Part shown: positions 21,526 through 31,816 of the stretch, one piece after another
How positions within the stretch are numbered: the first letter of the stretch is position 1
Layout of the letters: each line of letters opens with the position of its first letter
Assembly (NCBI GenBank): GCA_963692915.1
Contig: OY843584.1
Location: 1,580,827-1,644,826, forward strand
DNA from: Cenarchaeum sp.
GTDB taxonomy: Archaea; Thermoproteota; Nitrososphaeria; Nitrososphaerales; Nitrosopumilaceae
DNA length: 64,000 nt
Direction of reading: 5' to 3'
Notes under the pieces: model-generated
Databases searched by the model: none
The model's input: the letters and a program-made list of their open reading frames with translations, nothing else
What the model was told of the DNA's origin: nothing
Position numbers and translations under genes: made by a program

Positions 21526-23427
21526 CTAGCTTGCTTTGGCCACCGGTGGCGCCTGCGACCGAAACTGGGGCATTGGAACAGGCGCGCCGGGTTCGAGCTC
21601 GACGGCGCGCCGATACGCGTCTATTGCTTCGTCATGGCGATCCAATGCCTCCAGGGCGCGTCCTCGGCCAAGGTGCAAGTTATAGTCTTTGGGCGTGATC
21701 TTTTCTGCGCGCTCAAATGCGGCAAGCGCCTCGTCATGGCGCTCAAGCCTGCATAGCGCCACGCCGTGGTTCTTGTGAGTCGCCGCGCTGCCTGGCGCTG
21801 CCTTGACGGCTTGCTCACACGCAACGAGTGCCTCCTCGTTTCGGTCAAGATGGAGCAGTGCGGCGGCTCTGTTCTTGTGCAGGACGGCTCCGTCATCTCC
21901 GAGCTTGGCAGCCTTTGCAAATGCGTCGATGGCCTCGTCATACATGCCAAGATGAATCAGTGCGGTTCCGCGACCCACATGAGCCTTGGCGCTTTTGGGA
22001 TCAAGGGAGACTGCGCGCTCAAAATGCCTGAGTGATGTCTCGGCATGCTCTAGTGAGCACGTGGTGTGACCCCTGTTGATGTGGTACATGATCTTCTTGG
22101 TGTCTTGTCTGGATGCAGATTTCTGTGCAGCGTCTAGTCTCTGTAGGATGATTTTCTTGGCTCCCTGAACATTGAGATCGCAGGGTTCTAGCTCGATTGC
22201 GCGATCAAATGACGCGAGTGAGTCAATATCGTGTCCTGCCGTGCACAGGGTATAGGCGCGGCTGCGATGGGCGTTGGCGTTGTTGGGATCCAGGGCGATG
22301 GCCACGTCAAAGGCTGTAATCGCCTCATCGGAGCGTCCAAGAAAATCTAGTGCATAGCCGAGGCCAATCTGAGCATCGACATCTGTGGGTGATAGGCCGA
22401 CTGCGCGCTCAAAAGAGCCTCGTGCCTCGGCATAGCGATGGAGCCGAATCAATATGTGGCCATAGCTTACGTGCAAGCCAGCGTCTGTGGGCGACAGCTC
22501 GACTGCGCGCTTGAAGGAGTCTACTGCCTCAGTATGGCGCCCTACTGCGGTTAATATGGTTCCCCTTCCGACATGGGCTGACGTCATGTGCGGATCCAGC
22601 ACGATCGCCATGTCGACGGACACTAGCGCTTCATCATGGCGATTCATGGAATACAGGATATATGCGCGCCCATTATGCGCATCTACACTTTTGGAGTTTA
22701 GTGCGATCGCGCGATCCATGTGCTCCAAGGCCTCTGTTCTGCGATTCAGCTCGGTTAGAGCACGACCCATGCCGATGTGGCCGGCAGGGTTGTTTGGATC
22801 CAAGTCGATCGCTTTGCTTAACGCATCTAGTGCCTCTTTACGGTGACCATTCGCCGCTAGCACGTTGCCGCGAATTAAGTGGGCTGCGGCCAGCTTGGGA
22901 TCTAGCGCTATTGCGCGATCCAACGAGGCTAGCGCCTCGCTGTCCGAGCCAATGCGCACTCGAAAGATGCCCATGTCAAAATGCGTTCTTGCATTATTTG
23001 GCTCTAGGGCGATCGCGCGATCAAGGGCCTTGAGCGCCTCTTTATGGCGGTCGAGGCCGTCCATCACCACGAACCGTATCTTGTGCGACTTGGGACGCGT
23101 CGGATCCAGGTCCACTGCGCGCCCTGATGACACCATGGCATCATCATACTTGCCAAGCTCACACTCGATGACGCTCATGTTGTTTAGCGCCTCAATGTCA
23201 GTCGTATCCAGCTCGACTGCACGCCTCAGCTCCTCGAGCGCCTCTGCCTTCCTGTCCTGCCTGTACAGCTCGTCGGCCTTGATTCTATGTGACGTGGAAT
23301 CTCCAGTATCCTGCCTGCTTGCTGGCCTGGCGTTGAGCGTGACATTTGATGCCTCCCCATCACGTCCTTGCCCTCCCTGGCCGCTCCCTGTTCTCCCTGC
23401 CTGCCGTACCATGGCAGAGTTGGGCAT
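21526..23427 (-). CDS. TPR repeat protein (paralog of 36503-38923)
   Basis: Many 34-aa TPRs; shares the LNN.SVI.CELG start and VPMP end with the paralog. Confidence 0.92.
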   Translation of the reverse strand: MPNSAMVRQAGRTGSGQGGQGRDGEASNVTLNARPASRQDTGDSTSHRIKADELYRQDRKAEALEELRRAVELDTTDIEALNNMSVIECELGKYDDAMVSSGRAVDLDPTRPKSHKIRFVVMDGLDRHKEALKALDRAIALEPNNARTHFDMGIFRVRIGSDSEALASLDRAIALDPKLAAAHLIRGNVLAANGHRKEALDALSKAIDLDPNNPAGHIGMGRALTELNRRTEALEHMDRAIALNSKSVDAHNGRAYILYSMNRHDEALVSVDMAIVLDPHMTSAHVGRGTILTAVGRHTEAVDSFKRAVELSPTDAGLHVSYGHILIRLHRYAEARGSFERAVGLSPTDVDAQIGLGYALDFLGRSDEAITAFDVAIALDPNNANAHRSRAYTLCTAGHDIDSLASFDRAIELEPCDLNVQGAKKIILQRLDAAQKSASRQDTKKIMYHINRGHTTCSLEHAETSLRHFERAVSLDPKSAKAHVGRGTALIHLGMYDEAIDAFAKAAKLGDDGAVLHKNRAAALLHLDRNEEALVACEQAVKAAPGSAATHKNHGVALCRLERHDEALAAFERAEKITPKDYNLHLGRGRALEALDRHDEAIDAYRRAVELEPGAPVPMPQFRSQAPPVAKAS

Positions 23428-23579
23428 GTCGTGCCTTATAATAATTGCGTATTATGTTCGGAGCAGCCGTGACGGGCTCATAGGCCACACCCATTGGCAG
23501 TCCTGCACGTGCATCCCCGCCTCGTTCACGTGCGTGATACGCACACATGATTTATTAACACAATACGCACAATCCTGCC

Positions 23580-24056
23580 ATGGAGCCCGGCGAGGTCATA
23601 TTCGAGAACACGTTTGCCCGGGCGTGCACCAACCGCAAGCTTACTGTTGATGAAATTATCGAGGGCATGAAATTTGGCGCATTTAACTATGATCTGCTTC
23701 CCATCGAGGTTCGTGACGCCGTTGACAGGGCGCTAGAGCACGAAGATGCGTTGGCAGCAGAGCGCGGAACGCATGATCCTTACTATGATAGCGCATGGGA
23801 GCTTGACCTGCTAGATGTGGAGCTCGAACCTGTCCATATAACGCAGAGCCCTCCGGCAACTGACCCACCCACAGAGACACACACGGACAACATTGTAAAC
23901 AAGACGCCAGTGCACCCCGGCAGAATCGCCGCCCTGCACCCTGAAAGATGGCCACTGACCCCTGCTATGCATACTGCTATGTATACTGCCATGCCGCAAG
24001 TTATGCAGCAGGTCCTGTATGTGCCAACACGAAAAAAAAATGTCAGGGATTGCTAA
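23580..24056 (+). CDS. Hypothetical protein (N-terminal ~80 aa shared with 35821-36315)
   Basis: ME.GE..FENTFA..C.N..LT..EII..MKFG.F.YD.LP..VR.AVDR. Confidence 0.75.
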   Translation: MEPGEVIFENTFARACTNRKLTVDEIIEGMKFGAFNYDLLPIEVRDAVDRALEHEDALAAERGTHDPYYDSAWELDLLDVELEPVHITQSPPATDPPTETHTDNIVNKTPVHPGRIAALHPERWPLTPAMHTAMYTAMPQVMQQVLYVPTRKKNVRDC

Positions 24057-24064
24057 AAAAACAG

Positions 24065-24592
24065 TCACGATGTGATGCCTTTGGCTCGTCGGCGCCTGTG
24101 TCGTTGGGTATGCTGGTTGTAGATTAACGTGTGTCCGCCACGTGTTATCAGGAGTGCTGCTTTTTGCCTGTGTCTGCGAAGGAGGCTCTGTATGTGTACC
24201 AGTGACACTCCGTGATCTATGGAAAATGAGACGTCTTCATAAATGTCGCCTCTATCGTTCCAACTGCCAATAAACGGGATCTTGCCCGTATTGACGCACC
24301 ATGTGGACACCAATACGGCACGCTCGTCCTTGATTGGGCTGCGCTCGTGAGTTAGTGCAATTATGTATAGCTTTGAGTGTCCGTCACTATACTGCTCTAA
24401 AAGTGTAGTTCGTTCTACATCGTTGTTCACGTTATAGTACCGATTTGTCTCAAGTGAGTACGAGAACATCATGTCAGGACTGCTTGATCGACGATATGCG
24501 GCGATGGATTTTTTCACGTCGACAAAATGGGCTGCAGTCTTTAGCTCGTCCTTGGTTCGTCCCGACTGTGGGACTTTGCCTGCTACGCCCAT
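24065..24592 (-). CDS. Hypothetical protein (paralog of 35230-35835), weakly SAM-lyase/phage-like
   Basis: AAHFVD..FSYSLETNRYY..IPFIG.W..EDVSF.IDHGVS..Q.AAL.ITR. Confidence 0.75.
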   Translation of the reverse strand: MGVAGKVPQSGRTKDELKTAAHFVDVKKSIAAYRRSSSPDMMFSYSLETNRYYNVNNDVERTTLLEQYSDGHSKLYIIALTHERSPIKDERAVLVSTWCVNTGKIPFIGSWNDRGDIYEDVSFSIDHGVSLVHIQSLLRRHRQKAALLITRGGHTLIYNQHTQRHRRRRAKGITS

Positions 24593-24770
24593 GTTGCTGC
24601 CTCGCCCTGAGAATGGCTAGCATACGATGGCGCAAATGCCACATGTGGCACTGTTCGCCTCCACGTGGGGTGTGCGCCTAGATCAAAAGCAGTCGCCGGA
24701 TCGTGATGTCTCGCCGTGTTCAACAGCATTTTGCGTACATGACCATTAATAGACTGTGCGGATGAGGTGA

Positions 24771-24870
24771 GTATGAGCTCAGCACCTAGACCGCACGCAT
24801 GACCCTTGGCCACCGCGCCCTTTCCCCTGGCCCCCACGTCAGGAGGCACGTCAGGAGAGTTGACATGCGC
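24771..24870. mobile_element. MITE copy
   Basis: GTATGAGCTCAGCACCTAGACCGCACGCATGACC...TTGACATGCGC. Confidence 0.8.
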
Positions 24871-25005
24871 ATGGCCACCACCGCGCCGCCCTTGAGCTGG
24901 CCGCTCACCTTGCGGCGAACGACCACGTGGCGCAGCTCGCTTTTGGCGGCGCTGTTTGTGGGCGCGACGCCGGCAGGATGCGGCGGAACCCTGCCGCCGC
25001 GCGCC

Positions 25006-25965
25006 CTACCTCTCCATGATGACCCTTGCAGACCTCTTTGGGTCTATGGAGGCGCCCGCGCTAAACTGCGCGCCAATCCGGCACACGTGCTCGGCCTGCT
25101 CCATGCGAACCTCCAGTCCGCTCAGCGCCACGCTGACTGAATCCCTTGCGGCCACTAGTGCGCTGCCCCCTCCAATGTCTGTGCCTCCCCAAAATGCGGG
25201 GCTCACCACGACGTCCATGCCATTGACGTCCATGCTGTCTACTCGCAAGTCACCCCCTTCCAGGAGCTGAATGGCGTGCCTGGGCGTCATTACGCAAAAC
25301 ACCCCGCCCGGAAACTCGACGCCCACGCTATTGTCCACTATGGTCCGCGCAACTCCTAGCAGGTCATTGCCTCCCAGCATGTTCTTTCCGTCAACTTTGC
25401 GCGAATTCGCCTGGTTTTGAATGTGCAGCGTGTCTGCAAGGGCCAAATCACTCGTATTGATCAGGCTGGTGTGGACTAGATTTTCCACTACTGCGATCAC
25501 CCCGTCACGTATGGAGGCGAGCAGGTCGCGCGCCACGTTCTGGGGATTTCCTGCCATGTCATTCCGGCTCACCTGGTGCCACATTGACCAATGCCTGGGG
25601 GCACCTGTCATTATCGTATAGCATGATCTCGCATCCTGTGAGCCACCCTGTAGCGCCTGTGCCGGGCGTGGGGCATCAGGCACGATGCGCCTCCATGACT
25701 CGCCAGGTCGCGGCCTTGCCACCCTTGCATAATCCAGCACGGAGCGGTGTGGCTTTGGCATTATGCGTGAAATGTCCAAATGCCAGACGCTGTCGCCTTT
25801 TGGCTGATGGTCAATCTCTCCTACCGTGCTGCCGACCTGCTTGACTAGTTCTTCCCAGACAGGTTTATCGTTGCTGAACGCGTCAGTTATCACCTGGCAG
25901 ATCTCATCCCACTCTCGATCCTTTGCGCCCTGAGTCTTCATTGTGGGGTCAAGAGGGTGGCGCAT
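25006..25965 (-). CDS. HK97-fold major-capsid/encapsulin-like protein (paralog of 44895-45839)
   Basis: VSRNDM..NVARDLL..I...VEN backbone helix, CVMTP, VNGMDVVVSP, C-terminal GA.IDPK..V; start uncertain. Confidence 0.6.
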   Translation of the reverse strand: MRHPLDPTMKTQGAKDREWDEICQVITDAFSNDKPVWEELVKQVGSTVGEIDHQPKGDSVWHLDISRIMPKPHRSVLDYARVARPRPGESWRRIVPDAPRPAQALQGGSQDARSCYTIMTGAPRHWSMWHQVSRNDMAGNPQNVARDLLASIRDGVIAVVENLVHTSLINTSDLALADTLHIQNQANSRKVDGKNMLGGNDLLGVARTIVDNSVGVEFPGGVFCVMTPRHAIQLLEGGDLRVDSMDVNGMDVVVSPAFWGGTDIGGGSALVAARDSVSVALSGLEVRMEQAEHVCRIGAQFSAGASIDPKRSARVIMER

Positions 25966-26598
25966 ATATGAATTGTTGCCGCACCCTGGCCAATTGACAA
26001 AGAATACGCCGACTCTTGTGAACATATCCTATCGCCGCTAGTTGAGGAGAAACCACGTTCACGCTGCCTTGACTGTGGAGAGTCTTTCCCTGGAATCATG
26101 CGACAGACCCCGTTGTGACAAACACATCCTTGGCCTCGTCCATCAAAAAACACCCCTGGGCAGTCTTGGCTGGTGTGCTTACAGCCGTTGGCGCCATGGT
26201 GGGCATTGTTCAATTGTTTACCACTACCTGATCGCCGATCCTCCCTCATACACATGTCATTCTCGCGCGGTGCCGCGTGCGTGGATCGCTACTCGTATGC
26301 AGACCGAATCGTGCTGCTCATGGCCATCGCCCTCCTCTTCAAGAGGCGTGACTGCCTCCTCGAGCCGACATGGGACCTCCGAGACCCCTCTGCAGACCCC
26401 GAACCGTGCCCCCGGGTGTCTGACTCTAGGCGCCCGATCCTACATGTCGCCGAAACGCTTTACCTATTTTGCGATATTCGGCTATATTCACCATGAATTG
26501 TTCAAAAGCGTGTTTTTGATGCCGAATACCGCAAGTCAATTTTCTGTCTAGTCCCGGTTGGCCCATGATCACACGTTACTGTTATTACCGTAGGCCCC

Positions 26599-27057
26599 GT
26601 GGCGGTGTTGATGTCACCAGACAGTGCCGATCACTGGGATCTCCCAGAAGCACCTGCCTACTTGGATATGCTTGGGCGTGACGACTATCTCGAAAGCGTG
26701 TCAGACAGGGATGAGGAGGATGAAGATGAGGAGGAAGAAGACGATGAGGAGGACAATGACGATGAAGGAAAGCCGTCCTTAGGTCTGGAGGAAGCTGGCT
26801 CAATTATAAGCAATTTTGCTGCGGTTATGGAACACGTAAACAAACAGCCCAACATGGATGCGTATGGAGATTTTTCGCGGGTAGACGCTCCCAACCTCGA
26901 CAAATACTACAAGTCTTTCTCCCAGAATGACACAACAAACAACACAGCGAACAACCGCTTACGACAATTATTCACTGTGGAGAATGTATTGAAAGCTCTT
27001 GGTGGCATGGCTGCCATTGCTACCATAATTATGTCATTTTCTCACTATAGTTCTTGA
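26599..27057 (+). CDS. Acidic protein with C-terminal TM anchor
   Basis: D/E run; tail VLKALGGMAAIATII. Confidence 0.65.
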   Translation: MAVLMSPDSADHWDLPEAPAYLDMLGRDDYLESVSDRDEEDEDEEEEDDEEDNDDEGKPSLGLEEAGSIISNFAAVMEHVNKQPNMDAYGDFSRVDAPNLDKYYKSFSQNDTTNNTANNRLRQLFTVENVLKALGGMAAIATIIMSFSHYSS

Positions 27058-27167
27058 TCATCATTCTCTGTATTGGCATTTACACGCCATCTTACTGTGA
27101 TATCTTTGCTACAAGCCGCAAAATGACCGTCTTGCAGACTGTTAGTGTGAACAGCGGAACCGACTTG

Positions 27168-29192
27168 CTATTTTAATTTTTTACCAAGCTCTTCTAATTT
27201 ATAAACAACTTTGCTAATTGTAAATGATTTTAGTGCGTCGAAGTCTTTTTCATGTATTATTTCCAGCATGTGATAAACTGCGCGTTTGTCGTCTAACACC
27301 TTCTTTTGGGTAGCTTTCGGTTTTTTGGATTTTTGTGATGTGCTGTGATTGCAATCCTTTTTAGCGTTTTCGTTTAGATCTTCTTTACTTTTGGCATTGC
27401 GTTTTCTTGCTTCTTTTAATGCTTTATAATAACTATTGTCATTTAGTAAATTTTCATATTTGATAAGATCATCTGCCAGTGACGTTGTTAAATCTTGCTC
27501 AAAACAAGAAAAGTGGTTATTGATGCTTGGTTTTATCTTGGAATCTCCCTTGTAATTGAGTAACTTTGCGAGCTCCATCAATTTGTGATTGGCGTTATTG
27601 CTCGCACTGTCATTTTGCTCTAGATCAAGATCCCAGATCAAATAAACCTGAATGCCAAATTGCATAAATATGTAGGCGAACCTTGATATTTCGTCCTTTC
27701 CATTGCAAGGCACTATGGAAATCTCACTCTTGTTCAAGTCTACATTTAGCACACTCGCCGCAGCTAGCAACATATTCCTGTCACCCGGCCCCTCCACCAC
27801 TACGGCTATTTTTGAGAAAAATCCTTCAGTTGCCCAATGGGTGGCCCTCACATCTAGCCACCTTCGCAGTCTTTTTTCCGGATCCATTACGTCAGGAATT
27901 TTCACGTCCATGTACTTTATGATGTGATCCAATGCTGTTGACTGTACCTTGGTATCTCTGAATTTCCGAAACAGGCGAATATTGTCCATGTTCTGCAATT
28001 CTATAAAGTATGGAGAATGTGTGCTGCATATCAACTGAACAGTGTCTTTACCGTTTGTCAATTTTTCAAATTGTTTCAAAATACGTCGTTGTCGTTGTGG
28101 GTGCTGGTATAGCTCTGGCTCGTCGATCATGATCAATTTAACTGGATCTGCATACTTTGATTTTTGCTCTATGTCTTGGCTAGTTTTCCTGCTACTGTCT
28201 TTTTTAATTTTCTGCTTCGCGGCCTGATTAGCTATTGTTTCTAGTATGGATATGAGATATATGCGCTGTATTCCGCTTCCTACATGTTTTATATCTGTTG
28301 AATGGCCATCTTCTGTTAGGGTTATTGATGCACGCAGCGCAAGTGACTTTGGCTCGGGCAAATTAATGCCTATTGTAAATTTAGCATTGTTAGTATAGTT
28401 GTTGGTGTTTTCTTCAAGATTATCGTTTATGGGATCTAGTATATCTTCATGAATTTTCGGCAAATAGTCCTCGTATTTTTTGACAAACTCTCCCTCAATT
28501 GCTTCCAAGTGATCCTTGACTTCGGGATCTTTTCGCACAGCCATATCTATTAATTTTGTCAAGTTTGAATCCGCCCTCTCTTCTCCATCTACGGTGATGT
28601 CCTTCATGGCCGGAACATGCACTATTTCCAATATGTCGCCTAGGCTCATTTGTGAAGGTTTCCAGTTAACAAATCGTCCTTTGTACTTGCTCTTGTCTTT
28701 GGGATGTTCTTTTATGTATTTGTGCTCAAACTTGTTTAAATCCTCTTCCCATGAGGCGGCGCTATATTCTGGAAACCCCTCAAAGTTTTTTTTAATAGCC
28801 TTGAATTTTATCGGCCTCGGCTTAGACCCTGCATCTCGAATTTCATTAAACGAGGAATAACACGTTTTCCACACCTCACATTGTATTGTGGGTTTACCTT
28901 CTCCACCCTCAAAGGTTTTTTTGATTATGAGTCTTTTTTTAACTATAAATTCTGGTGCTTTTATAGATTTCTCTACATCTGATAGCACAAGCACCAATTC
29001 TATTTTTGCGTCTGGCTTGTTAAAATCCCTCTCGACCACATTTGCCTCTTCGCTCTCAAACAGCCTAAGGGCATCAAGTATGGCCGTCTTTCCAGTTCCA
29101 TTAGCTCCAATCATCATTGTCAGCTTGTCTAGATTTAGTGCCACGTTCTTGAGTGAGCGAAAGTTATTGATGCATATCCTATCAATTTTCAT
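27168..29192 (-). CDS. OLD-family ATP-dependent nuclease (ABC ATPase plus TOPRIM)
   Basis: GANGTGKT Walker A, GSGIQR signature, IDEPELYQHP, STHSP, VVEGPGD, WDLD. Confidence 0.92.
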   Translation of the reverse strand: MKIDRICINNFRSLKNVALNLDKLTMMIGANGTGKTAILDALRLFESEEANVVERDFNKPDAKIELVLVLSDVEKSIKAPEFIVKKRLIIKKTFEGGEGKPTIQCEVWKTCYSSFNEIRDAGSKPRPIKFKAIKKNFEGFPEYSAASWEEDLNKFEHKYIKEHPKDKSKYKGRFVNWKPSQMSLGDILEIVHVPAMKDITVDGEERADSNLTKLIDMAVRKDPEVKDHLEAIEGEFVKKYEDYLPKIHEDILDPINDNLEENTNNYTNNAKFTIGINLPEPKSLALRASITLTEDGHSTDIKHVGSGIQRIYLISILETIANQAAKQKIKKDSSRKTSQDIEQKSKYADPVKLIMIDEPELYQHPQRQRRILKQFEKLTNGKDTVQLICSTHSPYFIELQNMDNIRLFRKFRDTKVQSTALDHIIKYMDVKIPDVMDPEKRLRRWLDVRATHWATEGFFSKIAVVVEGPGDRNMLLAAASVLNVDLNKSEISIVPCNGKDEISRFAYIFMQFGIQVYLIWDLDLEQNDSASNNANHKLMELAKLLNYKGDSKIKPSINNHFSCFEQDLTTSLADDLIKYENLLNDNSYYKALKEARKRNAKSKEDLNENAKKDCNHSTSQKSKKPKATQKKVLDDKRAVYHMLEIIHEKDFDALKSFTISKVVYKLEELGKKLK

Positions 29193-29206
29193 GGGTGATT
29201 TTCACC

Positions 29207-29437
29207 TCATCCAACTTTATCTTCATCATACTTGTTTATTATGTGCTTGTGAAGATACTTTCCGTGAGACTCGGCGCTCTTTAGCCCCAAGTACTCGGAC
29301 TCGGGCACGTTGAAATAATCATACATTGACCCGCTGTGAAACTTGACTCGCAGAGTGCGAGTGTCATTAAAATATTCTATGCTCGCTATGTTGCTTGAGT
29401 CTACCGGAATTTCCCCGTCCCCGACCATGGGCTCCAT
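29207..29437 (-). CDS. KTSC domain protein
   Basis: VDSSNIASIEY..LRVKFHSGSMYDYFNVP..Y..L..AESHGKY. Confidence 0.9.
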   Translation of the reverse strand: MEPMVGDGEIPVDSSNIASIEYFNDTRTLRVKFHSGSMYDYFNVPESEYLGLKSAESHGKYLHKHIINKYDEDKVG

Positions 29438-29476
29438 GCCACCTCCGGTTTTAAAAGTGTGACGGCCTGTCCCTGC

Positions 29477-29589
29477 GTACGAGGTCAGCATCTTTCTGCT
29501 CATTTGGCCAAACGGGCACATCCTGCCGTTCTACTTGTCGTGATGGCACCTGCCTGGGCATGAGCTGGTAAGAGGCGCTGACCCCACAT
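29477..29589. mobile_element. MITE, 113 bp, inverted relative to 7220-7332
   Basis: GTACGAGGTCAGCATC..TTCTGCTCATTTGGCCAAA..GCTGACCCCACAT. Confidence 0.85.
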
Positions 29590-29637
29590 GGTCATATGCG
29601 TTCAATGCTTAAATTAGCGCTTACTGCTCATTGGTCT

Positions 29638-30354
29638 ATGAAGGCTGAACACGTCCTTTTGGGTGCCGGGGTCGCCGTTGTCGTCATTGTGGGCATATCC
29701 TATCTTATCAAAGCTCTCGAATCTAGCAAGACGTCAACAGATCTCCAGGATAATGACCTGCCAGACGAGCGCGGCCGTGGCGACAGGGAGTCGACAATAC
29801 CGGTGCGTGCCATCTTGAATGATCCTGTCAGCTCTGAGTCATGTATTGCTCGCGCCCATAATCTCTTTAACAATGGGCGTGGTTCTGATGCGCTACGTGT
29901 CCTTGATGATGTTATCAGTCGGGATCCTGACAATGTCAAGCCATATGTCGCCTTGGGCATAATGTTGCACAAGCGCTGCTGTCCCGAAGATGCCCTGGTC
30001 TCCTATAAGCGAGCCATTGCGCTAGACCCAACGGCAGCCGAGGCGCACGCGGGTAAGGGCCATATCTTGTTTAACCGTGCGTTCTATGATGAGACATGTG
30101 ACTCACCTGCGCTCTATAAAGAGGCGTATGCCTCACTTGCGTGCGCCAGGGCGTTTGGGTCCAATGACGCAAAGATGTACCATTATCTTGGGCTGACTTT
30201 GGTGTTTCTTGCTAGGCTACACCCACGATTGTCCACTGTCATCAGGAAGCGTGCGATCAAGTCGTTTCGGCGCGCCCTTGACATCGACAGACACCACCCT
30301 GATACGCAAGGTTGCCTCGATTATGTCAGGAAGCACCTGAATGACGTTGCGTAG
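29638..30354 (+). CDS. Membrane-anchored TPR protein (paralog of 39664-40341)
   Basis: N-terminal TM, DNDLPDERGRGDREST linker, TPR motifs. Confidence 0.82.
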   Translation: MKAEHVLLGAGVAVVVIVGISYLIKALESSKTSTDLQDNDLPDERGRGDRESTIPVRAILNDPVSSESCIARAHNLFNNGRGSDALRVLDDVISRDPDNVKPYVALGIMLHKRCCPEDALVSYKRAIALDPTAAEAHAGKGHILFNRAFYDETCDSPALYKEAYASLACARAFGSNDAKMYHYLGLTLVFLARLHPRLSTVIRKRAIKSFRRALDIDRHHPDTQGCLDYVRKHLNDVA

Positions 30355-30564
30355 TGTGACTTAGCTGCTGCTTTTGTTGCATCGCCTTTCTATATAGCTG
30401 GCCATTGCCGCACACCACACTAGCATGCGGATCTAGCATATTCTGTCCTGTCAGATACACGATGATTGAGGCATATTGGCTGGTCTTGAGACTGTTTTTC
30501 TGCTGCGTTTCATTACGTTTTGCCAATAGTTAAAATATGCCCTTTCCACGTCCTGCGTCATTCA

Positions 30565-31563
30565 ATGACGTCACTGTCGACCCATTTTGAAAACCAGTTC
30601 ATCTCTGACTTGAAGCAGGCACAAACTATTGCCAGATCTGATCAATCTGGCTATGCGCTTGGAACCGCAATGTATCTTGGGCAGCAGTCAGTCGAAAAGC
30701 AGCTAAAGTCCATAGTCCTCAAGCTGGACGAACTGTTGGAGTTGGGGCAAAGCAAGAATATACTGAGTTCTCTTAGCCATCAGCTATACCCAAATATCTA
30801 TAAACTGCTTTATGTCAAGCACATTGCTAGTGTGGCCGCGCCCTATTTTACGAATGATGGAATGGTCAGGCCAAATTCAGAGCAATCGGACCACAGCGAT
30901 CGTCTTTTTGAAACAATAAGCAAACAGTGGGAAGACTATTCAAGAAACCCTAACTGGAAATTGCTGGACTGGCGAATTTCAATGGGGGTTCCTCTTGACC
31001 AAAAGGAACTCTCCGAGCTCAACCTGCACCATCACACCTATCTAAAAAATCTTCAAGAAAGTATGGGAACGAATCCACCACTTCAGACCCTTACTAATGA
31101 TATGTTCACAGCCCCCAATATGCAGAAAGTGATTCATGATGATGACCAACTTCAAAAACTCTTTACTAAATATGTGCAACATCCATCAAATATTAAACGG
31201 CAAAATCTATTTTCTGCCTATGCTGACAGCGTCGAAAACATTTTTTCGTCTGGGTCAAAAACATCTGACTATTCTTCCTCACAATCATCTGCCAAATTTA
31301 GCCGTCGACTTTTATTAGATTTTAGTTATAATATTGTTGTAGGATTTGCTAACTATTATCTGTTCTTGTTTCCCCATGAATCACTTGGGCGTTATCCGGC
31401 AATTTTAAATGATGGACGCGTTACAACTGACATGTATGGGGAATATTCTGACTATCCGCTATACTGGGTGTTTATTTATCTACGTTATGAGCTAGAGTAT
31501 CTACGCACTAATTCTACATGGATTGATCGTCTCTGGAATCAAATTCAACAATTTGTAGACTAG
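30565..31563 (+). CDS. Long HEPN-domain protein
   Basis: AMYLGQQSVEKQLKS..LSHQLYP..HESLGRYP. Confidence 0.82.
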   Translation: MTSLSTHFENQFISDLKQAQTIARSDQSGYALGTAMYLGQQSVEKQLKSIVLKLDELLELGQSKNILSSLSHQLYPNIYKLLYVKHIASVAAPYFTNDGMVRPNSEQSDHSDRLFETISKQWEDYSRNPNWKLLDWRISMGVPLDQKELSELNLHHHTYLKNLQESMGTNPPLQTLTNDMFTAPNMQKVIHDDDQLQKLFTKYVQHPSNIKRQNLFSAYADSVENIFSSGSKTSDYSSSQSSAKFSRRLLLDFSYNIVVGFANYYLFLFPHESLGRYPAILNDGRVTTDMYGEYSDYPLYWVFIYLRYELEYLRTNSTWIDRLWNQIQQFVD

Positions 31564-31816
31564 TTGGCACGCTGTTAATGTGTGTGGGCTATCACCTTTG
31601 GCATTATCTGACATGACACTGACAGATATTTCTGTATGTTGGGACTGAATATTGCCACATTAGTCTTTTGGGCAATATTTTAGTTAAATCTGTAACCTGA
31701 CGGCTCACACGATTATTACAGCTGTTCGAAATGCGTGAGTTGGTGGCCTGGTCTGCTGATGACTACACATGGCAATTGCCAAAAGATTCTGACGTTGCTG
31801 CGGCGCGACTGCCGCC

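Noticed and set aside
7220-29589. Palindrome-ended repeats as integron attC sites
   Set aside because: Two copies have exact 8-bp TSDs, there is no GTTRRRY core, genes are in mixed orientation and no IntI is seen; a MITE fits better
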